A stretch of 64,000 bases of DNA from Dehalococcoidia bacterium (GCA_965224255.1 CBDCYO010000005.1:1035771-1099770), one strand, 5' to 3'. Positions 18,413 to 28,993 are shown, numbered from the stretch's first letter. Program-made: numbers and translations. The notes: a model not told the origin generated them from the letters alone.

Positions 18413-18727
18413 TTAGATGGCGTAGCCGCGGGCACGGAGCGCATCATTGACGTGGACATCGCCGACCCACACCTCCGCGATCAGTCTGCCAAGGCTGTCC
18501 GATTCGCTGGCCTCATAGAAGACTATTGTATCCGCAATAAGATCGGAGACGTACGCGTGCGCCTGCGCTCGCCGCTCCGGATCGCTTGGCAGCGTGATAC
18601 CGGCCAGCACAAGCCGTTCGGCGTCCTCCATATAGATCACGCTTCCCTCAATGACATCAGCGACACGGCCCCATCTTCGGGGCGCACGCGCATCACCAGG
18701 CGGATTGTCGTCACTGGGCTCTGGCAT
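18413..18727 (-). CDS. thermonuclease (SNase)-like OB-fold protein, degenerate
   Basis: VADVIEGS, LAGI, DSLGRLIAEVW...VNDAL..GYA; canonical DGDT is altered. Confidence 0.65.
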   Translation of the reverse strand: MPEPSDDNPPGDARAPRRWGRVADVIEGSVIYMEDAERLVLAGITLPSDPERRAQAHAYVSDLIADTIVFYEASESDSLGRLIAEVWVGDVHVNDALRARGYAI

Positions 18728-18755
18728 GCGTGTTCAAGAATGTTCGCCCTGAAAG

Positions 18756-19325
18756 TCAGCCCAGGACGAAGCTCAGGGCAATAAAGATTATCACGCGGCC
18801 AATGAGAGTTCCGGCAATGACGGCAATCACGGCAAGGATCATGTTGCACCCGAGAGTTTCCCGTGTTGCGATGATCAGTGCCGTTGTCATCCAAATGGTG
18901 GAGGCAAGGAACGCGGCAGCGCCAATAACTGGGATGGGAATCAGGATCAGAAGTAGCCCCGGCGTGGCTGTGAATCCAGCGCTCCGCACGAACTGGAGAA
19001 ACGTCCCGCCCAAGAACCCCGCCGCAGATGTCCCTGCGATGAGTGACACAATCATATAGGTGAAGACAGCCGTGAGCGTCCATCCAAACAGGGTGAAGAG
19101 TCCGGCATTGAAGAATAGCCGCACGGAGCTTTCATCAGATACACCAAACAAAGACGCGAGGGCGGTGCCAAGGCCGTGAACCACTGACACGAGAAGCACG
19201 ACGAAAATGGCTTGCCGAATCGCGCTCGGATTTCGCGCCAACTCCTCGTACAGCCGTGGGTCTCCAAGCGCCGCGCGCACCATGCGTGCGGGCAAGCTGT
19301 TGGGCGAGCCGAACAGCGGTGTCAT
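18756..19325 (-). CDS. YIP1-family membrane protein
   Basis: RMVRAALGDPRLYEEL start, five hydrophobic helices, RSAGFTATP. Confidence 0.7.
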   Translation of the reverse strand: MTPLFGSPNSLPARMVRAALGDPRLYEELARNPSAIRQAIFVVLLVSVVHGLGTALASLFGVSDESSVRLFFNAGLFTLFGWTLTAVFTYMIVSLIAGTSAAGFLGGTFLQFVRSAGFTATPGLLLILIPIPVIGAAAFLASTIWMTTALIIATRETLGCNMILAVIAVIAGTLIGRVIIFIALSFVLG

Positions 19326-19403
19326 GAGCCGTGTTTCTGCCGCGTCCACATATCGTTAGAGTATAGAGGCTATTACTGGCGGCCACAGGAGGACATCACG
19401 CCG

Positions 19404-20666
19404 ATGACCACACATGATGTTGAACTACTCCGCGGAGAGATTATCTCCATCGGCACAGAGATCCTTCTCGGCGCGCTCACAGACACCAACGCGAACTACC
19501 TCGCATCCCAGCTCCCAGGCATCGGCGTTGGCAACTACCGTGTCACGACGGTCGGCGACAACATTGATCGGCTCGCCGGAGTCTTGTCAGAGGCGTGGGA
19601 TCGTTCCGATGTGGTCATCGCAACGGGCGGACTCGGCCCGACCGAGGACGATGTCACGCGGGAGGCCATCGCCCAGTTCATGGGTGAGGATCTCCACTCC
19701 GACGCGACGCTGAAACGAGAATTGCGGGAATTTTTTGCTCGCCGCGGCAGTGCGATGGCAGAGCGTAACCTCAAGCAGACCATGCTCATAGCCTCCGCAC
19801 AACCCCTGCCCAATCCGCGCGGCACGGCCCCCGGCTGGTGGGTGGAAAAAGACGGCAAGATCATCATCGCCATGCCCGGTGTCCCGCGTGAGATGTACGC
19901 CATGTGGGAAGAGCAGGCTGTCCCTCGCCTCCGCGCCATTCTGACGGGCCGTGACGCCGTTATCCATTCCCGCACCATCAAGACCTTTGGCCTCAGCGAG
20001 GCAAGCGTCGATGAGCGGCTTGGTGAGTTGTTGCGCGGCCTGAACCCGACGATCGGCGTCTATGCCAAATCTGACGGTATTCACGTTCGTCTCACCGCCC
20101 GCGCCGCAACTGAGTCAGCGGCCGCTGAATTGATCACGCCGGTGGCAGACGAGGTCCGGAGCCGGCTGGCCATCCACTACTGGGGTCAGGACGCGGACTC
20201 CCTGGAGGGCGTCATTCAACGTCTGTACGTTGAGCGGGGCCTGAGTGCCGCGACGATGGAGTCATGCACCGGCGGGAATCTCGCCAACATGCTCACGGAC
20301 GCGCCGGGGGCCTCGGCGTACTTCCGCGCGTCCTACGTCACGTACACGAACGAAATGAAGATTGCCATGGGCGTCCCTGCTGCCATCATCGAGAAATTTG
20401 GCGCCGTCTCGGGAGAATGCGCCCTCGCCATGGCAGACGCTGCTCGTGAGCGCTCCGGCGCAACCATCGCCATCGGCATCACCGGCGTCGCCGGCCCCGA
20501 TGAGCTCGAAGGAAAGCCTCCGGGCCTCGCATACATCGGCATCTCCGATGAGCGGAACCACAAGATCCGTGAGGGCCGATATCCCGCCCAGCGCCTGGAT
20601 TTCAAGCTGCGCGTGGCCCGAACGGCCATGTTTGAGCTACGCGGCTGGGCATTGGCCCGGGAATGA
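19404..20666 (+). CDS. cinA: competence/damage-inducible protein CinA (MCD + NMN deamidase)
   Basis: IGTEILLG..DTN, GGLGPTEDDVT, GTAPG, PGVPREM, ESCTGG, GITGVAGP. Confidence 0.95.
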   Translation: MTTHDVELLRGEIISIGTEILLGALTDTNANYLASQLPGIGVGNYRVTTVGDNIDRLAGVLSEAWDRSDVVIATGGLGPTEDDVTREAIAQFMGEDLHSDATLKRELREFFARRGSAMAERNLKQTMLIASAQPLPNPRGTAPGWWVEKDGKIIIAMPGVPREMYAMWEEQAVPRLRAILTGRDAVIHSRTIKTFGLSEASVDERLGELLRGLNPTIGVYAKSDGIHVRLTARAATESAAAELITPVADEVRSRLAIHYWGQDADSLEGVIQRLYVERGLSAATMESCTGGNLANMLTDAPGASAYFRASYVTYTNEMKIAMGVPAAIIEKFGAVSGECALAMADAARERSGATIAIGITGVAGPDELEGKPPGLAYIGISDERNHKIREGRYPAQRLDFKLRVARTAMFELRGWALARE

Positions 20667-20734
20667 GGAACCGCGCGGACGCTGAATGTTCAATGGCGCT
20701 TGACGCACGCCTACAATAGGATTGACACACGGCC

Positions 20735-21718
20735 ATGCGACAGATCGGCATTCTCACCAGCGGGGGTGACGCCTCCGGCATGAACGCGGCGATTCGCGCC
20801 GTCGTCCGTGCCGCTGCATCCGTTGGCATCCGTAGTTGGGGCGTACGCAATGGCTTTGACGGCCTGATGCGAGGCGATTTCCAGCGCCTGGGTCCCCGCT
20901 CCGTCGCCCAAATCCTCCAACGTGGCGGTACGATACTGGGCACCGCGCGTGCGCCTGCCATTGAAACAGTTGACGGACGCGCCCGAGCGGCTTCGCAGAT
21001 GGCCGCGTCTGCACTGGACGGCCTCGTCGTCATCGGCGGTGAGGGGACACTCCGCGCAAGTCTGAAGCTGCACGAAGAACACGGGTGCAGCATCGTCGCC
21101 ATCCCCGCAACAATCGACAACGATATCCCCGGTGCAGACATGTGCATCGGATTCGACACGGCCGTCAACGCAGCTGTCGAGGCCATGGACCGCATCCGTG
21201 ATACCGCGGAATCAAGCGGCCGCGTTTTCTTCGTGGAGGTCATGGGGCGCACCCGCGGCCTGATCGCCCTCTATGCCGGCCTCTCCGGCGGCGCAGACGC
21301 GATTGTCATTCCCGAGGAACATGAGGACATCAGCAATCTCTGCCGGCGGCTCGTCTCTGCGCATCGCGGGGGCAAGCGCAGCTTTCTCGTCGTTGTGGCG
21401 GAGGGCGATCAGGCCGGCGGTGCCTTCTCCGTCGCAGACCAAGTTCAAAAGCAACTGGAGGGCAGGCTCCAAGTGGATTACCGGGTTACCGTGCTCGGAC
21501 ACGTGCAGCGTGGTGGCGTTCCGACGGCAGCGGACAGGATCCTTGGCACGGTGCTCGGTGCGGCCGCGATCGAATGCCTCACCGATGGCCTCAATCACCA
21601 TCTGGTCAGCGAGGTGGCGAATAGCCCCGTCTTCACGCCACTGGAGGAAGTGCTTCGCATGACCAAGAGTCTGCCCTCGGACCTGATGCACCTCCTCCAC
21701 ACCGTCGGTCAATCCTAG
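20735..21718 (+). CDS. pfkA: 6-phosphofructokinase
   Basis: TSGGDASGMNA, GGTILGTAR, TIDND, EVMGR, LGHVQRGG. Confidence 0.95.
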   Translation: MRQIGILTSGGDASGMNAAIRAVVRAAASVGIRSWGVRNGFDGLMRGDFQRLGPRSVAQILQRGGTILGTARAPAIETVDGRARAASQMAASALDGLVVIGGEGTLRASLKLHEEHGCSIVAIPATIDNDIPGADMCIGFDTAVNAAVEAMDRIRDTAESSGRVFFVEVMGRTRGLIALYAGLSGGADAIVIPEEHEDISNLCRRLVSAHRGGKRSFLVVVAEGDQAGGAFSVADQVQKQLEGRLQVDYRVTVLGHVQRGGVPTAADRILGTVLGAAAIECLTDGLNHHLVSEVANSPVFTPLEEVLRMTKSLPSDLMHLLHTVGQS

Positions 21719-21867
21719 TTACCCGCCTTCCGCGCCGTTGGGCCGTCGCTGCTGATGACTGCGCAATTCGTCGTATACTTATCGCCTTGAGATTGTTTGA
21801 AGACACGTGGCCTCCCGGGACTCGTTCCATGACGGTGCGTTCACCAGGTCTACCACGAGGGTGAAGG

Positions 21868-23265
21868 ATGACATCGCAAACAGGGGAACGACCGGGCGGA
21901 GCGCCCGGGGAGGACGAGAACGGCGGCCAACCAGGTGGTTGGAGTCATACGGCACAGAGCGACTCTAGGAATCCGTTCCGCGCCTTCGGCTCCATCAACT
22001 ACACCTATTATTGGATCGCCTCCCTCCTCTCCATCACGTCTTTCTTCATGCTGATCATCGCCCGCGGATGGTTGGTCTTTGAGTTGACAGAATCGGAGTT
22101 TTGGGTCGGGGCAGTCGGAGCAGCCGCCCAGCTTCCATCGCTGTTTCTCTCCATTTTCGGCGGCGTCATCGCAGACAGATTCAACCGTAAGAAAGTGCTT
22201 CTGGTAAACGAGGCTTCCAACTTCACTACCCTCATCATCCTGGCGATCCTCGTCGCCACGGATAACATCGAGGTCTGGCATCTGGTCGTGCTCGGAGTCG
22301 CCAACGGCGTGACGTTCTCCCTCGCCTTTCCCGCCCGCGCAGCAATCGTGCCCAGCCTCGTGCCGCCGCGTGATATCGCCACCGGCACAGCCCTTTCCTC
22401 CATCATGTTCAGCGGCGCGACGTTTATCGGCCCGCCCATCGCGGGCCTATTGATAGCCATCGAGCCGTCACTGGCATTCTTTGCAGCGGCCGGCTTCGTC
22501 GGTCTTGGCGTCCCACTCTTCCTTCTCATGAAGCTCGGTGCGCCGCCTCAATGGGCACACGGAATGCGCCCTCAGGGCGGAGTCATCGGAAACATCATTG
22601 AGGGTCTCCGCCACATCAAACAACGCCAAATCCTGCTTGCGCTCATGGCGGTTGGCTTCGTAGCCGTGTTCTTCGGGATGCCCTATCAGACGATGTTGCC
22701 CGTCTTTGCTGAGAAGGTACTGGATGCGGGGCCACAGGGACTGGGAATGCTCGGCATGGCGGGCGGCATTGGCGCGACGATTGGCTCTCTCGTCATTGCC
22801 ACATTCAATTCCGTCAACCAGCTCAAGGGCTGGCTCGCCGCCGGCTCCATCGGGCTTGGCATCTTCGTCATCGGTTTCGCCCTGTCGCCAACCCTCATCA
22901 TTGCCCTGATCTTCGCCCTCGGCGCCGGCTGGTTCTTCCAACTAGTCATGACCGGCAACTTTGCCCTGCTTCAGGTCTTGACGCCAGATCACCTCCGCGG
23001 ACGAGTCCTGAGCATTCGATTCATCGTGTTTGGCATGTCACCATTCGCCATCCTGGCAACGGGTTTCTTCGCCAGCGACTATGGCGCACCGCTGGCCGTA
23101 GCAGCCACAGGCGGAATGGTGCTCATTGGCACAGCGCTAACTCTTGCGCTTTTCCCGTCCTTGCGCACAAGTGAATCAGACCCCGTCCATGGAGGCCCAC
23201 CGGGTGGGCCTCCCCTAGCCGCCGCCGGTGGCCCCCCGTCAGGCCGACCCCCTGCCACCGATTAG
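21868..23265 (+). CDS. MFS transporter (MFS_3/H+ antiporter-like)
   Basis: 12 TM segments; GVIADRFNRK motif A; LRGRVLS. Confidence 0.92.
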   Translation: MTSQTGERPGGAPGEDENGGQPGGWSHTAQSDSRNPFRAFGSINYTYYWIASLLSITSFFMLIIARGWLVFELTESEFWVGAVGAAAQLPSLFLSIFGGVIADRFNRKKVLLVNEASNFTTLIILAILVATDNIEVWHLVVLGVANGVTFSLAFPARAAIVPSLVPPRDIATGTALSSIMFSGATFIGPPIAGLLIAIEPSLAFFAAAGFVGLGVPLFLLMKLGAPPQWAHGMRPQGGVIGNIIEGLRHIKQRQILLALMAVGFVAVFFGMPYQTMLPVFAEKVLDAGPQGLGMLGMAGGIGATIGSLVIATFNSVNQLKGWLAAGSIGLGIFVIGFALSPTLIIALIFALGAGWFFQLVMTGNFALLQVLTPDHLRGRVLSIRFIVFGMSPFAILATGFFASDYGAPLAVAATGGMVLIGTALTLALFPSLRTSESDPVHGGPPGGPPLAAAGGPPSGRPPATD

Positions 23266-23321
23266 TAGTCATCCGCGCCTCGGGCTCCTCGCCCAACCCG
23301 TGTTCACCTGTCGCGCCTGCC

Positions 23322-24662
23322 TTACGCTCTCGGCTCCGGTTCGACGCCGGCAGCCGTAGCCGCCTGCGTTGGTGACAGCGGTGTTTGGCCACGCACGCGC
23401 ACAATCCCCGGCTTCGGCAACACAAGGAAGACGAGAATTGCTGATGCGATGCTGAACGCGGCGAACATCAGGAAGCCGTGCTCCATGCTGCCCAGGATGC
23501 GCTCCGATAGCGTCACCACCAGCGGAGAGAGTGAAAACGCAATCGACGTGACTGTCCACAGGACACCTTGCGCCGCCCCGAAGGAACGCCGCCCGAAGTA
23601 CGTCGCCAGCAGTGCCGATTGCAGGACGGTAATACCGCCAAAGCCGGGAGCAAAGGTGATCAAGAACAGGATCAGATACCCGGCCGCGTCCGGCCTGCTG
23701 ATGGCGAAGGCCGCAATGCCAACCCCCTGTAGCAGAAGAGTGAGAACCATCGCGCGGCGTGGATCCATCACATCTGCAAGCCAGCCGCCGCCGAGCCGCC
23801 CAACAATTGTGATGACCGCCATCGCGCCCACAACGTCCGCCGTCGTCTGACGTGAATAGCCCACGGATTCCATGTACGGCGATTGATGCACCTGCAACGC
23901 GCCAATGGGCCAGAAGGCGAGAAACAGCAGCCCCGACAGCATCCAGAACGTCGGGGCGCGCAGAATTTGCGTGAATGTCAGGCCATAGGCAGCGGGAGCC
24001 TGCGCGGCCGCCCGTACGGCAGGTGAACCCGCCGTTTCGTCACCGTCCGGCCGCATTCCGTAGTCCTCCGGCGTGCGCCGCAGCACGAGGACGAGGGGCA
24101 CCAGGAGAACCAGGATGATCGCAGCCATCACGAGGAACGTATTACGCCAGCCGATTTCCTCCATGACGATCAGCGAGGGCCGCGTAAGCGCACCGCCAAG
24201 TCCCAGGCCGACCATCGTCATCCCGAGCGCGCGCCCACGCAGGCGCACGAACCAGTTCACAACGGCCGGTATTCCACCGGCCCAGATAACAATCGGCCCC
24301 ATGCTCGCAAATGTGAGACCGACAAACACGTGCCACGGCTCTGACATCATGCCCATGATGGCGAAGCCGGCCGCACCCAGAATCAGGCCACCCCCCACCA
24401 CCAGCTTTGGCCCTTTCTTATCGAAGAACCCGCCCAGAAGAGGAGACAGCAGTGCCCCGGTGATACCCGCCACCAGGAACGCCGGCTCGATCGCCGCCCC
24501 GACGTCCGGTATCTCCTCCTTGATGGGCGTCACAAACAGCGTGAAATCGTAGAAATAGAAGCCACTGTAGATGAACGCCATCGTGAACGTGGCAGCGACG
24601 ATCCACCAGCCATAGAAGACCGACGATCCCCACGGGAACACCGATCCCCTCTGTTGGCGCAC
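23322..24662 (-). CDS. MFS transporter (MCT/OFA-like)
   Basis: FYGWWIV start, GGFFDKKGPK, NWFVRLRGRALG, YFGRRSFG. Confidence 0.92.
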   Translation of the reverse strand: MRQQRGSVFPWGSSVFYGWWIVAATFTMAFIYSGFYFYDFTLFVTPIKEEIPDVGAAIEPAFLVAGITGALLSPLLGGFFDKKGPKLVVGGGLILGAAGFAIMGMMSEPWHVFVGLTFASMGPIVIWAGGIPAVVNWFVRLRGRALGMTMVGLGLGGALTRPSLIVMEEIGWRNTFLVMAAIILVLLVPLVLVLRRTPEDYGMRPDGDETAGSPAVRAAAQAPAAYGLTFTQILRAPTFWMLSGLLFLAFWPIGALQVHQSPYMESVGYSRQTTADVVGAMAVITIVGRLGGGWLADVMDPRRAMVLTLLLQGVGIAAFAISRPDAAGYLILFLITFAPGFGGITVLQSALLATYFGRRSFGAAQGVLWTVTSIAFSLSPLVVTLSERILGSMEHGFLMFAAFSIASAILVFLVLPKPGIVRVRGQTPLSPTQAATAAGVEPEPRA

Positions 24663-24708
24663 GTTTGCCTGCCCTGTCCTTCTTGAACTGTTCGTGGGAT
24701 ATGGAGGT

Positions 24709-25779
24709 CTAGGTGGCTGCGATGTCTACGGTGTCCACGGCCGCGCCCATCATATGCGATTGCTGAATCGCATCGAGCACGCGCTGGCACTGGAGACCAT
24801 CATGGAAGTTCGGGGTGGGCGATTCTCCGCTCTCCACGCCGCGAACGAAGTCCTGAACCATCAGCCGGAACGGAAGCAAACGATGATCGCGGTCATCATC
24901 AAACGGGTGCAGCTCTTCCGGTATCGGGATGGTGCGCAGCTCACGTGATTCGTCGTCGAGTCGCCCAACATGAACGATACCCTCAGGCGCGGGGTTCGGT
25001 CCCGCCTGGCCCAGATGAATAGATCCCTCTGACCCATAGATCTGGATGGATGCGCCCTGCCCCAAGGGCGCGTTCAGGCTGCACGTCAGGTTGCCCCATG
25101 CCCCGTTGGTGAACTCCATGTGCACGCTGAAGGCGTTGTTTGTATCAGCCAGGGTGTACCCATCCGGTGCGCTGCCGTGCAACGTGCCACTCACGCGTGA
25201 GACATCGCCGAACCAGTGGCGCATCCCATCAATGAAGTGAGAGCCGAGCGCGCCCAGCATTCCGCCACTCCCCGCAGATGGGGCCGCAGGCGCGGCGCCC
25301 GGGCGGCGCACAAACCGCAGGTGCAATGTGGCGGAGATATGCCGTGGCTCGCCGATGTACCCCTCAGCAATCAGCCGGCGGGCATAGGCGCGTTCCGGGG
25401 CAAAACGGAACTCATGCGCGATCATGTGCGTCACGCCACGCGCAGTGGCCAGCGCGAGGAGCTCTTCCGCCTCCCCGGCGTTGGTCGTGAACGGCTTTTC
25501 GCACATGACGTGCTTGCCGGCCTCCAGCGCCGCGCACGTCATCTCATAGTGCAGGTTAGGCGCTGTCGCAACGCTGACGGCGTCGACGTCAGGATGGGTC
25601 ACAAGCTCACGGTAATCGCTGAATGCGTTGGGAATGTCAAATCGCTGTGCAGCCTCCTCCGCTCGTTCCTGCCGACTCGCGCAGACGGCGACGACCTCCA
25701 CACCCTCGGACCGAAAGGCCGGAATGTGAACTGTCGCTCCGAATCCCACGCCAATAACACCAATACGCAGAGGGGCCAT
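24709..25779 (-). CDS. Gfo/Idh/MocA family oxidoreductase
   Basis: IGVIGVGFG, GKHVMCEKP, GGMLGALGSH. Confidence 0.93.
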   Translation of the reverse strand: MAPLRIGVIGVGFGATVHIPAFRSEGVEVVAVCASRQERAEEAAQRFDIPNAFSDYRELVTHPDVDAVSVATAPNLHYEMTCAALEAGKHVMCEKPFTTNAGEAEELLALATARGVTHMIAHEFRFAPERAYARRLIAEGYIGEPRHISATLHLRFVRRPGAAPAAPSAGSGGMLGALGSHFIDGMRHWFGDVSRVSGTLHGSAPDGYTLADTNNAFSVHMEFTNGAWGNLTCSLNAPLGQGASIQIYGSEGSIHLGQAGPNPAPEGIVHVGRLDDESRELRTIPIPEELHPFDDDRDHRLLPFRLMVQDFVRGVESGESPTPNFHDGLQCQRVLDAIQQSHMMGAAVDTVDIAAT

Positions 25780-25927
25780 GGTTGTCTTATCTCCTTCGTA
25801 CCGCTCATCATGTGTCGTTCCTCATGCTCCCAGCGCATGGGGGCATACGGGGTGACTCTCCACGCTACGGCAGATCAGACCCCCTGCCTCACGCGCTAGG
25901 GGCATACGTAGAGAGTACGGCATATGG

Positions 25928-26110
25928 CGGTGAGGTCGCCCTGCGGGCGGCCTCACCGGACCCTGTCATTCTGAACACGTGCCCCATCATGCCATTCCGA
26001 ACGGAACGTAGTGGCACCCTGTCATTCCGAACGCTCAGAGGGTCAGAAAGGGCGCTTTGAGGAACGAAGGCAGCCCCTTCCCGGAAGGACAACGGCACCC
26101 CTTGGAAGGA
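25928..26110. repeat. GC hairpin plus REP-like repeat cluster
   Basis: cggtgaggtcgccc-tgc-gggcggcctcaccg hairpin, then ccctgtcattctgaac, atgccattccgaacggaacg, ccctgtcattccgaacg. Confidence 0.6.
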
Positions 26111-26227
26111 TAACGACGGCGCTCACGCATGACAGGCGGCGCTCGGAAGGATATGGCGGGGCCCGCACGGCGGCAGGGGCGCGGGAGAAGGACGCAGGGG
26201 TATGCGGGGGCAGAGAGCGGCGGCTAC

Positions 26228-26950
26228 CTAAGCCGGCGCACGCCCTTCATATCGCTTGTTGGTAATGGACGGCTCCTGAGCCAAGTGCCGACGAATCACT
26301 TGCACATCTTCCATGTCCACGCCCAACGCCTCACACACGACCTGATCCAACGCGTGGCGCGTTTCATCCTGTGTTATGGACGGTAGAGGCAGCAGTGTCT
26401 GCCGTGAGAGCTGGTCGAATACAGTTGCCAGCCGCGTGACGACATTACTGCCCATGCGCGCAAAATTGGGAACCGGAATTTTCCGCAGATCATCCATCGA
26501 AAACATTGGGTAGCTCGGGTTTCGGCTGGATCTGCCCCCGACGAACGCCAAAGCCCCGAAGGTTGTATTCAGATACACGCAGAGGGCCTTTTCGGCATTG
26601 TCACCGTCGATTGCCCCGGCGCGTATGCGGCAAGGTACCCAAGATGACCCCAATGCTGGGGGCTCTAACCTCGCACTGAGCATTCTTACCTTGTTTAGGC
26701 GTGCTCGCGTTGGCAGCATCAGTCTTCCGCGCTGTGCCCACAACCGACGCGCCGCGTCTTCCCTGTTAGGTTTAGCCGCAATGTGCACATCGGACACAGC
26801 CGACATCGACTGTATCCGATCCGTCTCATGACGCCATAACGCACGCATTCCATCACGCGTCGGCATTGACGTCCGATCGAAGATGCCGCGGACGTACTGG
26901 CCGGCTGGACCTATGTCGGCAACGTCACCAAGAGGAGCACAGTCGAACAA
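26228..26950 (-). CDS. C-terminal (target-recognition-like) part of interrupted Type IIG R-M gene
   Basis: Same frame as 26960..28993, separated by a single TAG; ALCVYLNTTFG..LRKIPVPNF and ALDQVVCEALG resemble IIG C-termini. Confidence 0.7.
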   Translation of the reverse strand: MFDCAPLGDVADIGPAGQYVRGIFDRTSMPTRDGMRALWRHETDRIQSMSAVSDVHIAAKPNREDAARRLWAQRGRLMLPTRARLNKVRMLSARLEPPALGSSWVPCRIRAGAIDGDNAEKALCVYLNTTFGALAFVGGRSSRNPSYPMFSMDDLRKIPVPNFARMGSNVVTRLATVFDQLSRQTLLPLPSITQDETRHALDQVVCEALGVDMEDVQVIRRHLAQEPSITNKRYEGRAPA

Positions 26951-26983
26951 TTCGCCGCGCTAAGGCGCGGCGAATTGTTCGAC
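26942..26983. repeat. perfect 19-bp inverted repeat with 4-nt loop that creates the in-frame stop
   Basis: GTCGAACAATTCGCCGCGC-TAAG-GCGCGGCGAATTGTTCGAC. Confidence 0.97.
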
Positions 26984-28993
26984 CAAAAATGGGGAAAAGA
27001 ACTGCACCGCGCCCCAATCACCATCCGCAATACGGGCTGCGGGCCACTCTTGCACGGTACCGATTCCCTGACTCGCCACGGTGTCACTCCCTATGGCTCG
27101 TGCAAGGTTCATCGCATCGGCGGGGGTGGAGGGGTTGCGAGCAAGATTCACAACCTTGGTCGGTGGTTTACTCTCCGAGGCCGACGGCCATCGCCGAAAG
27201 ACGACCAGAACCTCACCGATATCCGTGTTTTCAGAGAAATAGATCCGCTCCGGATCATGGGACGTCACGATGGTTTCAACATGGAATCGCTGCGCGAAAT
27301 ACTTCCGCATTTCTTCACCGGAGATCTGCGTCAGGCTCGCCAGTGGCAGGACAACTGCGACGGTGCCTGAATCACGCTTAGCCAGGAAATTGGCCAGCCA
27401 CAGGAAGGGGCCACTGTTCCCGGACCGTTGCGCGGGCGTCTTGTCGAACAGTTGCTTTTCCCGCTGCTTGAGCTTCTTTTCCGTTTCAGAATCGAATTGA
27501 TCATGGCGCAGGCTGTCTCGCGTATACGGTGGATTCATGATGACGAGGTCGGCCGGCTCGAGCGGAAGGACATCTTCGCCACTGTCCACCTGGCTGGAGC
27601 GGGGCGTGGCGCCCGGGAACTCGATGAGATGGGGCTGTTTATCGCCAAGGAATTCAAGCGACCCCAAGCGCGCTTGTCTGACGTCATCCACACCCAGCAG
27701 GGTCTGGGCGATCTTCATATTGCGGAACTGCGTCGACGGAGACAGGAGCCCCAGCGTCGTGGCCGCCATATGCGTTGCCGTCAAATTGACGTCATACCCG
27801 GTCAGCACGTTCTCAATAAGCCTACGCGACAGGTCTTGCTGCGCGTCCGCCTGCGGGGCGATATCCCGAATCCGCTCTGCCGCCGACATTAGCAGTGTCC
27901 CCGTCCCACACGCAGGGTCGATAATCCGCAGGTTCTCGACTGCCTGCGGATCGTTCCAATCGCACATATCCTCTCGTATGGCGAGGGTTGCCAGAAGCGT
28001 TGCCGCGGCAGTCGTCGTATAAAACGAGCCGTCATACCGTGCGGAATCGAGGACGGTGTGGAAAATGCGCCCCAGCAGGTCGTGGCGCATGCCGGCGATG
28101 TTGGCCACGACCGCAAGGGCGGCACGCGCCGTCTCTCTCACGGCTGTGGCAAAGCCATGCGAAGGTGGGCAGGCGTGCAGCGCGGCAATTCCCGTCTCGA
28201 AAATGGGTTTGTAGTCGAGCGCTAGGATCAGGTCCCATGCCCGCCCAAACGCACCGATGATGTCGGTTCGCTCGGCGCAGTGCTGCGCGTGTTCAGGAGG
28301 CCATGATCCCGTAAACGGCTGTCCCGTCTTGTTATCCGTCTCCGGCCGCACGCTCCCCAGATGGCTGTCCAAACGGGAATGAAACATCGTCGCCGTCGCG
28401 AGAACCAGAAGGGCACGCTTGGCCGGGGTATCCCACCGGTTTTTGCCCGTCCTACTGGCGGGAAGATCAAGCGTATGCGCGAGCGACCGTTTTTCCGATT
28501 CAGCGAGCCGCACAAGCGCCCCATCAAGACTCTGAGAGAGGGCCGCTGCCGCAAAGTCCGGGGTCCCCAACTGCGCCGGGGCCAGCCGAATAACGGAAGC
28601 CAGATCATCCAGTGTGCCGGATCTCCAGTTCTCATCCTCTTCTGTAGCGCCATCGTGAAGTTGCCACACAAGCCTCGAGCCGGCCAAGGTGACGCGATCA
28701 GTGTCATCCGGATAACACACGGCAATCGCGACATCCACATGGCCTTGGTCGGCCGGCAGACGCCTCTTGGCGTCATTGGCCGCCTCATTCCGTTTGGTAG
28801 TCGACTGGCCATGTTCAGCTTCGATTGCGATGCGGGCACCACCCAGGCGCACCAGAACATCAATCTGGTGCCCGGTCGCTTGCCCCACCTCTGCCTCGGC
28901 GTCCAGGCGCCGGTCACGTAGCTCCTTCGCGAGTTCGGTGTTCAGAACAGTCTCACGCGTTCGATTGTGTGGTGCGCGACGTCTATTGACCAT
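26960..28993 (-). CDS. Type IIG-like restriction endonuclease/N6-adenine methyltransferase fusion, N-terminal part
   Basis: N-terminal PD-(D/E)xK-like IDVLV...IEAE; GSFYT motif X; IIDPACGTGTLL motif I; VIMNPPY motif IV. Confidence 0.88.
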   Translation of the reverse strand: MVNRRRAPHNRTRETVLNTELAKELRDRRLDAEAEVGQATGHQIDVLVRLGGARIAIEAEHGQSTTKRNEAANDAKRRLPADQGHVDVAIAVCYPDDTDRVTLAGSRLVWQLHDGATEEDENWRSGTLDDLASVIRLAPAQLGTPDFAAAALSQSLDGALVRLAESEKRSLAHTLDLPASRTGKNRWDTPAKRALLVLATATMFHSRLDSHLGSVRPETDNKTGQPFTGSWPPEHAQHCAERTDIIGAFGRAWDLILALDYKPIFETGIAALHACPPSHGFATAVRETARAALAVVANIAGMRHDLLGRIFHTVLDSARYDGSFYTTTAAATLLATLAIREDMCDWNDPQAVENLRIIDPACGTGTLLMSAAERIRDIAPQADAQQDLSRRLIENVLTGYDVNLTATHMAATTLGLLSPSTQFRNMKIAQTLLGVDDVRQARLGSLEFLGDKQPHLIEFPGATPRSSQVDSGEDVLPLEPADLVIMNPPYTRDSLRHDQFDSETEKKLKQREKQLFDKTPAQRSGNSGPFLWLANFLAKRDSGTVAVVLPLASLTQISGEEMRKYFAQRFHVETIVTSHDPERIYFSENTDIGEVLVVFRRWPSASESKPPTKVVNLARNPSTPADAMNLARAIGSDTVASQGIGTVQEWPAARIADGDWGAVQFFSPFLVEQFAAP

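Noticed and set aside
18100-18420. tmRNA or RNase P RNA
   Set aside because: No tmRNA T-arm/CCA end and no GAGGAAAGUCC motif; codon pattern fits a minus-strand ORF better.
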